Source: a bacterium
GTDB lineage: Bacteria; Krumholzibacteriota; Krumholzibacteriia; LZORAL124-64-63
Direction: 5' to 3'
Length of the DNA: 60,403 bases
NCBI GenBank assembly: GCA_031441465.1
Contig: JANOEP010000036.1
Span: 1-60,403, forward strand
The translations under genes were made by a program, and so were the position numbers. Positions 40,144 to 50,149 of this stretch are shown piece by piece (position 1 is the first letter of the stretch; every line of letters begins with the position of its first letter). The notes below the pieces were generated by a model. The model worked only from the letters and a program-made list of their open reading frames with translations. It did no database searches and was not told where the DNA came from.

Positions 40144-41208
40144 ATGTCCCGCCTCACCCAGCGCCGCCCGACGAAGGCCGCCCGATCCCCCGGCACGGTC
40201 GAGTACGCCGGAGATCGCAAGGGCGAGAAGATCGGCATCACGGTCCTCGACTACGGCCCCGAGAGCTGCCAGGAACACCACCCCGCCCAACTCGCGGAAC
40301 TCCTGGCCCACCGCGACAGTCCCACCGTCACCTGGATCGACATCGACGGGCTGCACGACATCGAGCTGCTGCAGGGTCTGGGCGCGCACTTCGGCTTCCA
40401 CCCGCTGGTTCTCGAGGATGTGGTCAACACCCACCAACGACCCAAGCTGGAGGACTACGGCGGCTACCTGTACATCGTGGTGCGGATGCTGAGCTACGAC
40501 GCCGAACAGCGCCAGCTGAGCAGCGACCAGGTCAGCCTGCTGCTCGGTCCCAACTACGTGTTCTCGCTGCAGGAGGGCTGGGGCGACGTCTTCGATCCCG
40601 TGCGCGTGCGGATCCGCGACGGCAAGGGCCGCATCCGCAGCCACGGGCCGGACTACCTGGCCTACGCCCTGCTGGACGCGGTGGTCGACAACTACTTCGT
40701 GATCCTCGAGCAGCTGGGCGAGGAGATCGAGGAACTCGAGGTCCGCCTCATCGAGGACCCGCAACCGGAACAGCGGCAGGCCGTCCACCAGCTGAAGCGC
40801 GAGATGATCCTGCTGCGCAAGAGCGTGTGGCCGCTGCGCGAGGTCCTCTCGGGGATGGAGCGCACGGAATCGGAACTGTTGCAGACCGAGACCCGCGTCT
40901 TCGTCCGCGACGTCTACGACCACGCGGTCCAGGTCATCGACGTGGTCGAGTCGTTCCGCGACATGCTGTCGGGCCTGCAGGACCTCTACCTGTCGAGCAT
41001 CAGCAACAAGATGAACGAGATCATGAAGGTGCTGACGATCATCGGCACGATCTTCATCCCGATCACCTTCCTGGCGGGCGTCTACGGCATGAACTTCACG
41101 CATTTCCCGGAGCTGGCCTGGAAGTGGGGCTACGCCGCCTTCTGGGCGGTCTCCTTGGCCGTCGGCGGCGTCATGCTCGCCTTCTTCCGGCGGCGCCGGT
41201 GGCTGTGA
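40144..41208 (+). CDS. corA: Magnesium/cobalt transporter CorA
   Basis: HQRPKLEDY, NEIMKVLT, GVYGMNF and PEL. Confidence 0.95.
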   Translation: MSRLTQRRPTKAARSPGTVEYAGDRKGEKIGITVLDYGPESCQEHHPAQLAELLAHRDSPTVTWIDIDGLHDIELLQGLGAHFGFHPLVLEDVVNTHQRPKLEDYGGYLYIVVRMLSYDAEQRQLSSDQVSLLLGPNYVFSLQEGWGDVFDPVRVRIRDGKGRIRSHGPDYLAYALLDAVVDNYFVILEQLGEEIEELEVRLIEDPQPEQRQAVHQLKREMILLRKSVWPLREVLSGMERTESELLQTETRVFVRDVYDHAVQVIDVVESFRDMLSGLQDLYLSSISNKMNEIMKVLTIIGTIFIPITFLAGVYGMNFTHFPELAWKWGYAAFWAVSLAVGGVMLAFFRRRRWL

Positions 41209-41305
41209 TGCGCGACGAGAGGCAACCTCGCGTCGCCGCCTGCGTTGTAGGCGCCGAACGACCCCGTCCGCAAACCCGGACCACCCTTTCTCGGGAGAAC
41301 ACACG

Positions 41306-41989
41306 ATGCGACGCCTGTTGCTGTTTTTAACGCTGATCACCGTTCCCTACACCGCCTTCGCCGGCCAGGAAGCGGGAATCCGCTTCGACGTGGGCATCCC
41401 CAAAGGCGACTTTGCCGACAACCTGGAGGACCCCGGCTTCGGCCTGGTGGGCCACTACGCCTGGAGCCCCGCGCCCGCGTTCGCCGTGGGCGCCGGCCTG
41501 GGCTACATGATCTACGGCAGCGAGACGCGCGTCATCGAACTGCCGCTGGTCGAGGACGTGGACCTGACCACGACCAACAACCTGGCGGCCTTCCACCTGC
41601 TGATGCAGTTACGGGCGCCGCGCGGGCCCGTCCGCCCCTACCTCGAGGGACGCTTCGGCGGCCAGTACCTCTGGACGGAGTCGAAGCTCGAGGACCAGGA
41701 TTTCTGGGACGACGACGAGGTCGGCAAGGAAGTGAACTACGACGACTTCGCCCTGGTCTACGGCGGCGGCGGCGGCCTGCTGATCTGCGTGCGGTCGCCG
41801 AGACCCGCCGACAAGAAACCCTGGGGGCTCGACCTGGACTTCAAAGCGATGTGGCTGTCCGGCGGCGAGGCCCGCTACCTGACCCAAGGCGGGATCGAAC
41901 TCGACAACGACGACCGGCCCGTCTTCCGTCCCTCGGAGTCGGAGACCGACCTGCTTCACGTCGAGGTCGGCGTGAACGTGCGCTTCTGA
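41306..41989 (+). CDS. Small outer-membrane beta-barrel protein
   Basis: Signal peptide, RPYLEG strand, terminal VNVRF. Confidence 0.65.
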   Translation: MRRLLLFLTLITVPYTAFAGQEAGIRFDVGIPKGDFADNLEDPGFGLVGHYAWSPAPAFAVGAGLGYMIYGSETRVIELPLVEDVDLTTTNNLAAFHLLMQLRAPRGPVRPYLEGRFGGQYLWTESKLEDQDFWDDDEVGKEVNYDDFALVYGGGGGLLICVRSPRPADKKPWGLDLDFKAMWLSGGEARYLTQGGIELDNDDRPVFRPSESETDLLHVEVGVNVRF

Positions 41990-42006
41990 ACGGAACCGAG
42001 TAACCG

Positions 42007-42942
42007 ATGACGATCAGGTCCATCACGGTGACGGCAGCGCTGGCCCTGACGCTGGCGCTGGCGCTGGCGCTGACGGCGGGAGGCTGCGGCCGGCGGGAAG
42101 CGGCGGTCGATCCCACCTACCTCGCCGAGGTCGAGGCCCGGCACGCCGAGCGCATCGAGCGTCTGCGCGACGAGACGGGCTGGCTGACCCTGGTCGGCCT
42201 GCACCCCCTGCGCGTCGGCACGACCGCGGTGGGCTCGGCCGAGGAAGCCGGCGCGCGGTTGCCCGCGGCGGCCCCGGCGCGCCTGGGAGTCATCACCGCG
42301 GACACGGCGGGGTTCATCTTCGAAGCCGACGCCGGCGCTCACGTATTCCAGATCGTCGAGGGTGATACCGCCGCGGTGACGCGCGCGGAGATGGCCCCGG
42401 ACGTCCCGGGCCCGCCGACCGTGCTGCGCTCGGGTGCGCTGCTCCTGCACGTCATCGTGCGCGGCGGCCGCGGCTTCCTGCGGGTGAAGGACCGCGAGAG
42501 CGACGTCCGGCGCGGGTTCACGGGGATCGACCGCTACCCGGTCGACGGTCGCTGGCGCGTGACGGCCCGGCTCGAACCCCACGAACCGCCGCACGGGGTG
42601 ATGGTGCCGGACGTGCTGGGCAACCTCGAGGAATCGCCGAGCCCGGGCACGCTGGTGTTCCAGCTGGCGGGCCGCGAGTGCCGGCTCACGCCGATCGGCG
42701 GGCCGGGCGAAGAGTTGTTCATCGTCTTCGCCGACGCGACCAGCGGCGGGGAGACCTACGGCGGCGGCCGCTTCCTGTCGGCCGACCCGCCGCGGCCCGA
42801 CGGGGCCGTCGTGCTGGACTTCAACCTGGCGACCAACCCGCCCTGCGCCTTCACGCCGTACGCCACCTGCCCCCTGCCCCCGCCGGGCAACGTGCTGCCG
42901 GTGGCCGTGCGCGCCGGCGAGAGGACCTGGGGGCGCCACTGA
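42007..42942 (+). CDS. DUF1684 family lipoprotein
   Basis: Lipobox AGGC; GWLTLVGL, FADATSGGETYGGGRFL and LDFNLATNPPCAFTPYATCPLPP. Confidence 0.85.
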   Translation: MTIRSITVTAALALTLALALALTAGGCGRREAAVDPTYLAEVEARHAERIERLRDETGWLTLVGLHPLRVGTTAVGSAEEAGARLPAAAPARLGVITADTAGFIFEADAGAHVFQIVEGDTAAVTRAEMAPDVPGPPTVLRSGALLLHVIVRGGRGFLRVKDRESDVRRGFTGIDRYPVDGRWRVTARLEPHEPPHGVMVPDVLGNLEESPSPGTLVFQLAGRECRLTPIGGPGEELFIVFADATSGGETYGGGRFLSADPPRPDGAVVLDFNLATNPPCAFTPYATCPLPPPGNVLPVAVRAGERTWGRH

Positions 42943-43051
42943 ACCGGCCGCCGTAGCCCGGTTGCGCGCTGAACTCCCGGCTTTATCTTGCAATGAGGCC
43001 ACGACATCCGCGACGGCCGGCGCGACGCCCCGTGCAGCGAACGGAACATGC

Positions 43052-43771
43052 ATGATCATCGCCATCCTCAGCGACATCCACGCCAATCTGGAGGCGCTCC
43101 AGGCCGTCGTGGACGACGCGTGCCGCGAGGGCGCCGGCCGCTTCGCCTGCCTCGGCGACGTCGTCGGTTACAACGCCGACCCTGTCGCCTGCGTCGATCT
43201 CGTGCGCGGGTTGCCCTGCCTGCCCTGCATCCGCGGCAACCACGACGAGATGGCCGCCGGCGACCGGACCCTGCTGGGCATCAACACCATGGCCTTCGCC
43301 GCGATGACCTGGACCCGCCTCCAGCTCGACGAGGAGCGCCGCGCCTGGCTCGGCGGCCTGCCGCTGCTCCACGAGGAGCCCGACGCCGTCTACGTCCACG
43401 CTTCCCTCGACGAACCGGGCGACTGGCATTACGTGCACGACGCCCGGGAAGCCGCGGCGAGCTTCGTCCGCCAGTCGCAGCGCGTCTGCTTCATCGGCCA
43501 CTCCCACCAGCCCGGCGGTTGGCGCGACGACGGCCACAGCGTGAGGAAGAGTCAGGGGGAGTTGTTCGAACTCGCCGCGGACGAGCGCTGGCTGGTGAAC
43601 GTCGGCAGCGTCGGCCAGCCGCGCGACCACGACCCGCGCGCCTCGTACGCCCTCTACGACATCGCGGCCGGCAAGGTGCAATTGCGGCGCGTCGCCTACG
43701 ACGTGGCCGCCGCGCAGGCCAAGATCATCGATGCGGGCCTGCCCGAATCGCTCGCCCGACGGCTCGGCTGA
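43052..43771 (+). CDS. Metallophosphoesterase (calcineurin-like)
   Basis: SDIHAN, LGDVVGY, RGNHD, HAS, GHSH and NVGSVGQPRD. Confidence 0.9.
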   Translation: MIIAILSDIHANLEALQAVVDDACREGAGRFACLGDVVGYNADPVACVDLVRGLPCLPCIRGNHDEMAAGDRTLLGINTMAFAAMTWTRLQLDEERRAWLGGLPLLHEEPDAVYVHASLDEPGDWHYVHDAREAAASFVRQSQRVCFIGHSHQPGGWRDDGHSVRKSQGELFELAADERWLVNVGSVGQPRDHDPRASYALYDIAAGKVQLRRVAYDVAAAQAKIIDAGLPESLARRLG

Positions 43772-43801
43772 CGCCGCTGCCTCAACCCCGTCTCCGGGGC
43801 A

Positions 43802-44431
43802 TCAGCGTCGGAGCCGGTCGCGGTACTGCTCACGGAATTTCTTGAGCTTGGGGTCGATGACGGCGCGGCAGTAGGGCTGCGCCTTGTTGTTGGCGTAATA
43901 GTCCTGGTGCCCCGTCTCGGCGGCGATGAAGGCGTCCAGCATCCCGATGCGCGTCACGGGCGGGTTCGGGTAGAGGCCCGCCGCCGCGACATCGGCCATG
44001 ACCCGCTGCGCCGAGCGGAGCTGCGCCTCGTCGTGGGCGAAGATCGCCGAGCGGTACTGCGGGCCCGCGTCGGCGCCCTGGCGGTCGCGTGTCGTGGGGT
44101 CGTGGATGGTGAAGAAGACGGCCAGCAGTTCGGCGTAGGAGATGACCGCCGGATCGAAGGTCACCTGGACGACCTCGGCGTGCCCGGTGGTCCCGGTACA
44201 GACTTCCTCGTAGGTGACGCGACCCGGGCCGCCGCCGGCATAGCCGGACACGACACGGCTCACGCCCTCCAGTTCCTGGAACACGGCCTCGAGGCACCAG
44301 AAGCAGCCGCCGGCGAGGGTGGCGGTTTCGGTTCGCGGCGGGGGTGCGGCGTCGTTCACGGCGGGGCTCCTTGCAGGGACGAGGATCAGCGCGGACGCGA
44401 GGGCGACGGCGACGGTGGATCGAGTTAGCAT
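43802..44431 (-). CDS. msrA: Peptide methionine sulfoxide reductase A (with signal peptide)
   Basis: GGCFWCLE, GHAEVVQ, QYRSAIF and HQDYY. Confidence 0.93.
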   Translation of the reverse strand: MLTRSTVAVALASALILVPARSPAVNDAAPPPRTETATLAGGCFWCLEAVFQELEGVSRVVSGYAGGGPGRVTYEEVCTGTTGHAEVVQVTFDPAVISYAELLAVFFTIHDPTTRDRQGADAGPQYRSAIFAHDEAQLRSAQRVMADVAAAGLYPNPPVTRIGMLDAFIAAETGHQDYYANNKAQPYCRAVIDPKLKKFREQYRDRLRR

Positions 44432-44549
44432 GTCTTCTCCCGGAGGCGAGGGTGACGGACAAGATAATCACGGGAGTGGTGGATCCGCGACTGGCCCGCC
44501 CCTTGCAAAACCGCCAAGGCACCCCTCCCCTAGCCCGGAGCGACCGGAA

Positions 44550-46667
44550 ATGACGCAGGAGACCGGCGAGTTCACGACCGCCAGGGATCTGTACCTGAAC
44601 CGCGAGTTGAGCCTGCTGGAGTTCCAGCAGCGGGTGCTCGAGGAGGCCCGCGACCCGTCCAACCCCCTGCTGGAGCGTGTCAAGTTCCTGGCCATCCTGG
44701 GATCGAATCTCGACGAGTTCTTCATGGTCCGAGCGGGCGGGCTGAGCATGCAGCAGCAGTCCGGGGTCGTGGAGTTGTCGCTCGACGGGCTGACCCCCGC
44801 CGCCCAGCTGGCGGCCATCCGCAAGCGGGCCTTCCAGCTGATGTCCGAAGCCTCCCGCTGCCTCCACGAGGAATTGCTCCCCGAACTGAAGCAGGCCGGC
44901 GTCCACATCCTCGATCACGCCGATCTCAACGAGAAGCAGCGCGGCCAGGTCGAGAGCTACTTCCAGCAGGTCGTCTTCCCGGTGCTCACGCCCCTGGCCC
45001 ACGATCCCGGCCACCCCTTCCCCCACATCTCCAACCTCAGCCTGAACATGGCCGTCCTGGTGCGCAACACCGAGGGCGAAACCCGCTTCGCCCGGGTGAA
45101 GGTGCCGGCCACCCTGCCGCGGCTGGTGCCCATCAAGCGGTCGTCGGGGAGCGTGAAGCGGGACGGGACGGTGCCGCGCAACCATTACTTCGTCTGGCTC
45201 GAGCAGGTCATCGCCGCCCACCTGGGCGAACTCTTCCACGGCATGGAACTGCTGGAAGCCCACCCTTTCCGGGTGATCCGCAACGCGGACTTCGAGATCC
45301 AGGAACTGGAGGCCAGCGACCTGCTGGAGACGATGGCCGCGAGCGTCAAGGAACGGCAGTTCGGCGACACGGTGCACCTGGGCGTCTCGCCGGAGATGCC
45401 GGCCGCGATCCGCGACATCCTGACGCGCAACCTCGGTCTGGTCGAACGCGACGTCTACGTCCTGCCGCGGCCCCTCGGCCTGGCCGGGCTGGCGCAGGTC
45501 TACGAGGTGGACCGCTACGACCTCAAGTTCCCCCCCTTCACGCCCAACGTGCCGGCGCCGCTGCGCGCCGAGACGCGCGAGGGCGACATCTTCGCCGCGA
45601 TCCGGCAGGGCGACCTGATGGTCCACCACCCCTACGACTCGTTCGATCCGGTGGTGGAGTTCCTGCAGGCGGCCGCCCGCGATCCCCAGGTCCTGGCCAT
45701 CAAGCAGACGCTCTACCGCGTGGGGCGCGACTCGCCGGTGGTCCGGGCCCTGCTGCGGGCCAGGCGCGACTACCACAAGCAGGTGGCGGTGCTGGTGGAA
45801 CTGAAGGCCCGCTTCGACGAGGACAGCAACATCGGCTGGGCGCGCATGCTCGAAAACGAGGGCGTCCACGTGACCTACGGCCTGCTGGGGCTCAAGACGC
45901 ACTGCAAGGTGCTGCTGGTCGTGCGGCAGGAGGGCGAAGAGATCCGGCGCTACGTCCACCTCGGCACCGGCAACTACAACCACGGGACGGCCCGCGCCTA
46001 CGAGGACCTCGGGATGTTCACCTGCGATCCCGACATCGGCGCCGACGCCACCGACCTCTTCAACTACCTCACCGGCTATTCGGCCCAGAAGGAATACCGC
46101 CGGCTGATCGTGGCGCCGGTCAACATGCGCGAGCGCCTCGACGGCCTGCTGCGGCGCGAGATCGCCCACGCCCGCGCCGGGACGAAAGCCCGGCTGGTGC
46201 TGAAGATGAACGCGCTGGTGGACCGCCGGATCATCCATCTGCTGTACGAGGCTTCACAGCAGGGCGTGCAGGTCGACTTGATCGTGCGCGGCGTCTGCAG
46301 CCTGCGGCCGGGCGTCGCCGGATTGAGCGAGAACATCCGCGTCACGAGCGTCGTCGGGCGTTTCCTTGAGCACAGCCGCATCTACTACTTCCGCAACGGC
46401 GGCGACGAGGAAATCTACGCGGGCAGCGCCGACCTCATGACCCGCAACATCGACCGGCGCGTGGAGGTGCTGTTCCCGGTGACCAACCCGTCCCTGCGGC
46501 GCTACCTGCGGGACGACGTGCTCGGCTCCTACCTCGCGGACAACACCTCGGGGCGCGCCATGCAGCCCGGCGGCGGCTACGTGCGCAAACGGCCCGCGGA
46601 AGGCGAGGACCCCGTGCAGGTCCAGCGCCGCCTGCTGGAGAGCCGCGGCGGCGTCTGGCGCCGCTGA
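44550..46667 (+). CDS. ppk1: Polyphosphate kinase 1
   Basis: NRELSLLEF, NLDEFFMVR, HHPYDSF, ELKARFDE and GRFLEHSR. Confidence 0.95.
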   Translation: MTQETGEFTTARDLYLNRELSLLEFQQRVLEEARDPSNPLLERVKFLAILGSNLDEFFMVRAGGLSMQQQSGVVELSLDGLTPAAQLAAIRKRAFQLMSEASRCLHEELLPELKQAGVHILDHADLNEKQRGQVESYFQQVVFPVLTPLAHDPGHPFPHISNLSLNMAVLVRNTEGETRFARVKVPATLPRLVPIKRSSGSVKRDGTVPRNHYFVWLEQVIAAHLGELFHGMELLEAHPFRVIRNADFEIQELEASDLLETMAASVKERQFGDTVHLGVSPEMPAAIRDILTRNLGLVERDVYVLPRPLGLAGLAQVYEVDRYDLKFPPFTPNVPAPLRAETREGDIFAAIRQGDLMVHHPYDSFDPVVEFLQAAARDPQVLAIKQTLYRVGRDSPVVRALLRARRDYHKQVAVLVELKARFDEDSNIGWARMLENEGVHVTYGLLGLKTHCKVLLVVRQEGEEIRRYVHLGTGNYNHGTARAYEDLGMFTCDPDIGADATDLFNYLTGYSAQKEYRRLIVAPVNMRERLDGLLRREIAHARAGTKARLVLKMNALVDRRIIHLLYEASQQGVQVDLIVRGVCSLRPGVAGLSENIRVTSVVGRFLEHSRIYYFRNGGDEEIYAGSADLMTRNIDRRVEVLFPVTNPSLRRYLRDDVLGSYLADNTSGRAMQPGGGYVRKRPAEGEDPVQVQRRLLESRGGVWRR

Positions 46668-46673
46668 GGCCGC

Positions 46674-47834
46674 TCAGGGCAGCAGGTCCCGGTCCGGTAC
46701 GCCCAGGCAGGTTCCCAACGATCGCGCCGCGTGGAGCCAGGGGTGGTCGATCGGCACGGTCTGCTTGCGGCCGGCGACCTGGTCCAGGGGCACCGGCACG
46801 ATCTCGCTCCCCCGCACCGCCGTCATCACGTTGACGACCCCCTCGGCCAGCAGGTCCGCCGCCTTCACGCCCAGGCGCGTGCACAGCAGGCGGTCGGTCG
46901 GGGTCGGCCCTCCGCCGCGCTGGACGTGGCCCAGGGCGGTGACGCGCGCGTCGGTCCCGGTCAGCATCTGGAGCTTGCGGGCGAGGCTGGAGGCGAGGGA
47001 CTCGTGCACCAGCCGCCGGCTGTGCAGGTCCTCGCCCTTCCCGGGCGAGGCTTCGACCTTCGGCGCCGCGTTTTTGCGGCCCGGCCGGACCGCGGCGGCC
47101 TGCTCGCGCGTGAGCGCCCCTTCGGCCACGACGATGATCGAGAACCGTTTGCCGAAGCGGCGCTGCCGCTCCAGCAGGTAGTCCTTCACCACGTGCAGGT
47201 CGTAGGGGATCTCCGGGATCAGGATGACGTCGGCGCCGGCGGCCAGCCCCGCGCCGAGCGCCAGCCAGCCGGCGCTGTTGCCCATGACTTCCACCACGAT
47301 GATGCGATCGTGGCTGGTCGCCGTGGTGTGCAGGCGGTCGATGGCCTCGGCGGCGATGCTCATGGCCGTGTCGAAGCCGAAGCTGACGTCGGTGCCGGCC
47401 ACGTCGTTGTCGATGGTCTTGGGCAGCGTCAACACGTCCAGGCCGCCCGCGCGCTGCAACTGATGGGCGTTCTTCTGGGTGCCGTTGCCTCCCAGGCAGA
47501 CCAGGCACTCGATGCCGTGGCTGCGGGCATTGGCCACCGCGACGGCGGTCATGTCCAGGACCTGGTCGCCCATCAGCATCTTGTTGGGCTTGTCGCGGCT
47601 GGTGCCGAGGATCGTGCCGCCGAGGGTCAGGACGTTGCTCAGGATCTGGGTGTCCAGGCGCAGCACCCGGTTTTCGACGAGACCCCGGAAGCCGTCCCGG
47701 ATCCCGATCACCTCCATGCCGTGGCGCTGGATGGCGGCCTTGGCGATGCCGCGGATGGCGGCGTTGAGTCCGGGGCAGTCCCCGCCGGCGGTGAGGATGC
47801 CGATGCAGCGGATCTGCGATGATCTTCCGTTCAT
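46674..47834 (-). CDS. pfkA: 6-phosphofructokinase (group III-like)
   Basis: GGDCPGLN, GGTILGTSR, GGNGT, PKTIDND, EVMG and GHVQRGG. Confidence 0.92.
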   Translation of the reverse strand: MNGRSSQIRCIGILTAGGDCPGLNAAIRGIAKAAIQRHGMEVIGIRDGFRGLVENRVLRLDTQILSNVLTLGGTILGTSRDKPNKMLMGDQVLDMTAVAVANARSHGIECLVCLGGNGTQKNAHQLQRAGGLDVLTLPKTIDNDVAGTDVSFGFDTAMSIAAEAIDRLHTTATSHDRIIVVEVMGNSAGWLALGAGLAAGADVILIPEIPYDLHVVKDYLLERQRRFGKRFSIIVVAEGALTREQAAAVRPGRKNAAPKVEASPGKGEDLHSRRLVHESLASSLARKLQMLTGTDARVTALGHVQRGGGPTPTDRLLCTRLGVKAADLLAEGVVNVMTAVRGSEIVPVPLDQVAGRKQTVPIDHPWLHAARSLGTCLGVPDRDLLP

Positions 47835-47957
47835 GTCACGTCCCGTTCCGGAGGAGGCGAAGGCGGCCGCCACCGTTCGTGGCCGCCGCCGGCGGTATCA
47901 TAGTGAGGCCGGATGCGCGCCCGCAAGCGCTGCCTGCGGGGGAGCGGGCACGAGCGG

Positions 47958-49325
47958 CTAGCGCGCCGTTCGTTCCGCCCGGGCCAATCCTTCCTGCACC
48001 GTCGAGATCTTGCCCTCGAGCTGGGCCTCGTAGCAGTCGTCGAGGATCGCCTTGAAACCGGGGCCGGGCGTCAGCCCGATGTCGATCAGGTGGCGGCCCT
48101 GGACCAGCGGCCGCGGCGGCGCGGTGCGGACGTCCAGCGCCGCGGCGCGTTCCAGCAGCCAGTCCCCGGCGGGAAACCCGGGACCGGCGCCATCGCCGCG
48201 CCCGAGGCGGTCGGCCCGGGCAACGCGCACCAGACGGTCGATCCGGCCCACTCGGTGTGCGAGGCGGCGGATCGCGGCGTCGCCCGCGGCGGCGCGGTGC
48301 AGCTCGTAGGGCCGGGAATGTTCGCGCACCAACGGGATGACCTGTTCGACGAGGTCGCGCTGCGGTGTCAGCCGCGCCAGCAGCTCGCGGGCCGGCGCCT
48401 CGCCGGCTTCGAGGTGGCCCGGCGAACGCAGCCGCCCGTCCTCCAGCCTGGTCGTGGCCGGCTTGCCCAGGTCGTGGCAGAGCACGGCCAGCCCGACGAT
48501 CAGGTCCTCGCGCTCGTCGCCGACGCGTTCGGCGGCGAACACGTCCAGGCAGAGGCCGGTGTGGGTCCAGACGTCCCCCTCGGGGTGCCACGCAGGATCC
48601 TGCCCGCACCCGGCGAGGGCCGCGAGTTCCGGGAAGAAGCGCAGCCAGCCGGTCTCCTGCAGGAACGCGAGGCCCAGGGAAGGCCGGACCCCCAACAACA
48701 AGAGCTTGCGCCACTCCTCGAAGATCCGCTCGCGCGCCAGCCCTTCGAGATCCAGGCCGCGGCAAGCCGCCACGGTCGGCGGGTCGGCGGCGAGTTCGAA
48801 GCGCGCGACCAGCTGCATGCCGCGCAGGACGCGCAGCGGATCCTCCGCGAAGTGCTCCGAGACCCGGCGCAGGACGCGCCGCTCCAGATCCTCGCGGCCG
48901 CCCACGGGATCGACGACCTCGTCGGCGAGCGGGTCGTAGGCGATGGCGTTGAGCGTGAAGTCGCGCCGCAGCGCGGCCTCCCGCTGCGACAACGCAGGGT
49001 CGGATTGCACAAGGAAACCGCGGTGGCCCAGGCCGGCCTTCGATTCGCGCCGCGGCAGCGAGACGTCGACCGGCGCGCCGCGCAGCTTCAGCACGCCGAA
49101 GGCCCGGCCCGTCCGGTCCAGGGCGTGGCGCGCCGACAGCAGCGCTTCGAGGCGCTCCGGCTCGACGCCGTACACTTCGAGGTCGTGATCCACGGGCGCG
49201 CGGCCCAGCAGCGCGTCGCGGACGCAGCCGCCGACCAGCAGGGCGCGACCGCCTTCGTCGCGCACGGCGCGGCAGACGTCCAGCACGACGTCGCGCACTC
49301 CATCATCGACCGGCTGCCAGCGCAT
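47958..49325 (-). CDS. cca: tRNA nucleotidyltransferase (CCA-adding) with HD domain
   Basis: VGGCVRD, RRDFTLNA, EDPLRVLR, HPEGDVWTHT and HDLGK. Confidence 0.85.
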   Translation of the reverse strand: MRWQPVDDGVRDVVLDVCRAVRDEGGRALLVGGCVRDALLGRAPVDHDLEVYGVEPERLEALLSARHALDRTGRAFGVLKLRGAPVDVSLPRRESKAGLGHRGFLVQSDPALSQREAALRRDFTLNAIAYDPLADEVVDPVGGREDLERRVLRRVSEHFAEDPLRVLRGMQLVARFELAADPPTVAACRGLDLEGLARERIFEEWRKLLLLGVRPSLGLAFLQETGWLRFFPELAALAGCGQDPAWHPEGDVWTHTGLCLDVFAAERVGDEREDLIVGLAVLCHDLGKPATTRLEDGRLRSPGHLEAGEAPARELLARLTPQRDLVEQVIPLVREHSRPYELHRAAAGDAAIRRLAHRVGRIDRLVRVARADRLGRGDGAGPGFPAGDWLLERAAALDVRTAPPRPLVQGRHLIDIGLTPGPGFKAILDDCYEAQLEGKISTVQEGLARAERTAR

Positions 49326-49399
49326 GGTCCCGCTCCTTCCCCGCGCCATCATCGCCGCAACGGCGGCCGCTGGCAACAGCGCGCCGCCGTGAATAAGAG

Positions 49400-49425
49400 C
49401 GGGGGCGGCCGAGCGGCCGCCCCCG
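49400..49425 (-). terminator. Terminator hairpin
   Basis: Perfect CGGGGGCGGCC-gagc-GGCCGCCCCCG followed by CTCTTATT on the minus strand. Confidence 0.65.
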
Positions 49426-49451
49426 TCCTGGAAACCCGCGGCCGGTCGCGG

Positions 49452-49931
49452 CTAGTACATCGCCTTGACGCTGCCCCAGGCCGCGCTCGTCGTGGGCACG
49501 GCGCCGCAGTTCTGAATGATCGTCGCGGTGCCGCGTTCGGACGCGACGTACCAGTCGCCGTCGCCGGCGAACTGGTAGCGGTAGGTGTAGTGGTAGGTGC
49601 CGGCGGGCAGGTAGGTGGTCATCCACACCACGTACTCGTCGTTGTTGCCCACATCCACGTTGAAGGCGGCGGGCAGCCACAGCCAGCTGGCGTCCGGGGT
49701 CGAACCGACGGGACCGAAGCCCAGCTCGGCGGTGATGCCCGCGCCCTGGCCCGGGGAATCGGTCACGCCGGACTTCCAGACCTGGCCGAAGAACCCGGTG
49801 CCGGTGCAGGCCGGGTCGGTCGCCGTGAACGGCCACTGCAGATTGCCCCAACCGATCGACGTGGCGGCAGCGCCGCCGGCCGCCGCGACGAGCGCCAGCA
49901 CCATCAAGCTCAACATTAACTTTTTGAACAT
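49452..49931 (-). CDS. Small secreted protein, amylopullulanase-associated-like domain plus WGxVKAxY tail
   Basis: Signal peptide; IGWGNLQWP...GQVW..GVTD..GQG...NNDEY; ends WGSVKAMY. Confidence 0.7.
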   Translation of the reverse strand: MFKKLMLSLMVLALVAAAGGAAATSIGWGNLQWPFTATDPACTGTGFFGQVWKSGVTDSPGQGAGITAELGFGPVGSTPDASWLWLPAAFNVDVGNNDEYVVWMTTYLPAGTYHYTYRYQFAGDGDWYVASERGTATIIQNCGAVPTTSAAWGSVKAMY

Positions 49932-50010
49932 CGTGTCCCCCTATCGGAACGGGTTGTGTCGCGAGTGTCCCAGGCTCGTCTCTAGACTTGAAGTCCAACC
50001 TCTGGCATCA

Positions 50011-50039
50011 ATTACAACATATTTTCATGAAACAGTCAA
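50011..50039 (-). promoter_or_regulatory. Sigma70 promoter for the 49931 gene
   Basis: TTGACT-17 bp-TGTAAT; TTTCATGAAA palindrome in the spacer. Confidence 0.6.
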
Positions 50040-50149
50040 GAAACAAGCGTTTGGTGCGATAATTTGCCGATTTGGCGGCCAGGTGACGGTTGGGGGTGCG
50101 ACCGACCATGGCCTATAATGACAACCACTACTTCCCCGGGAGGAACCCC

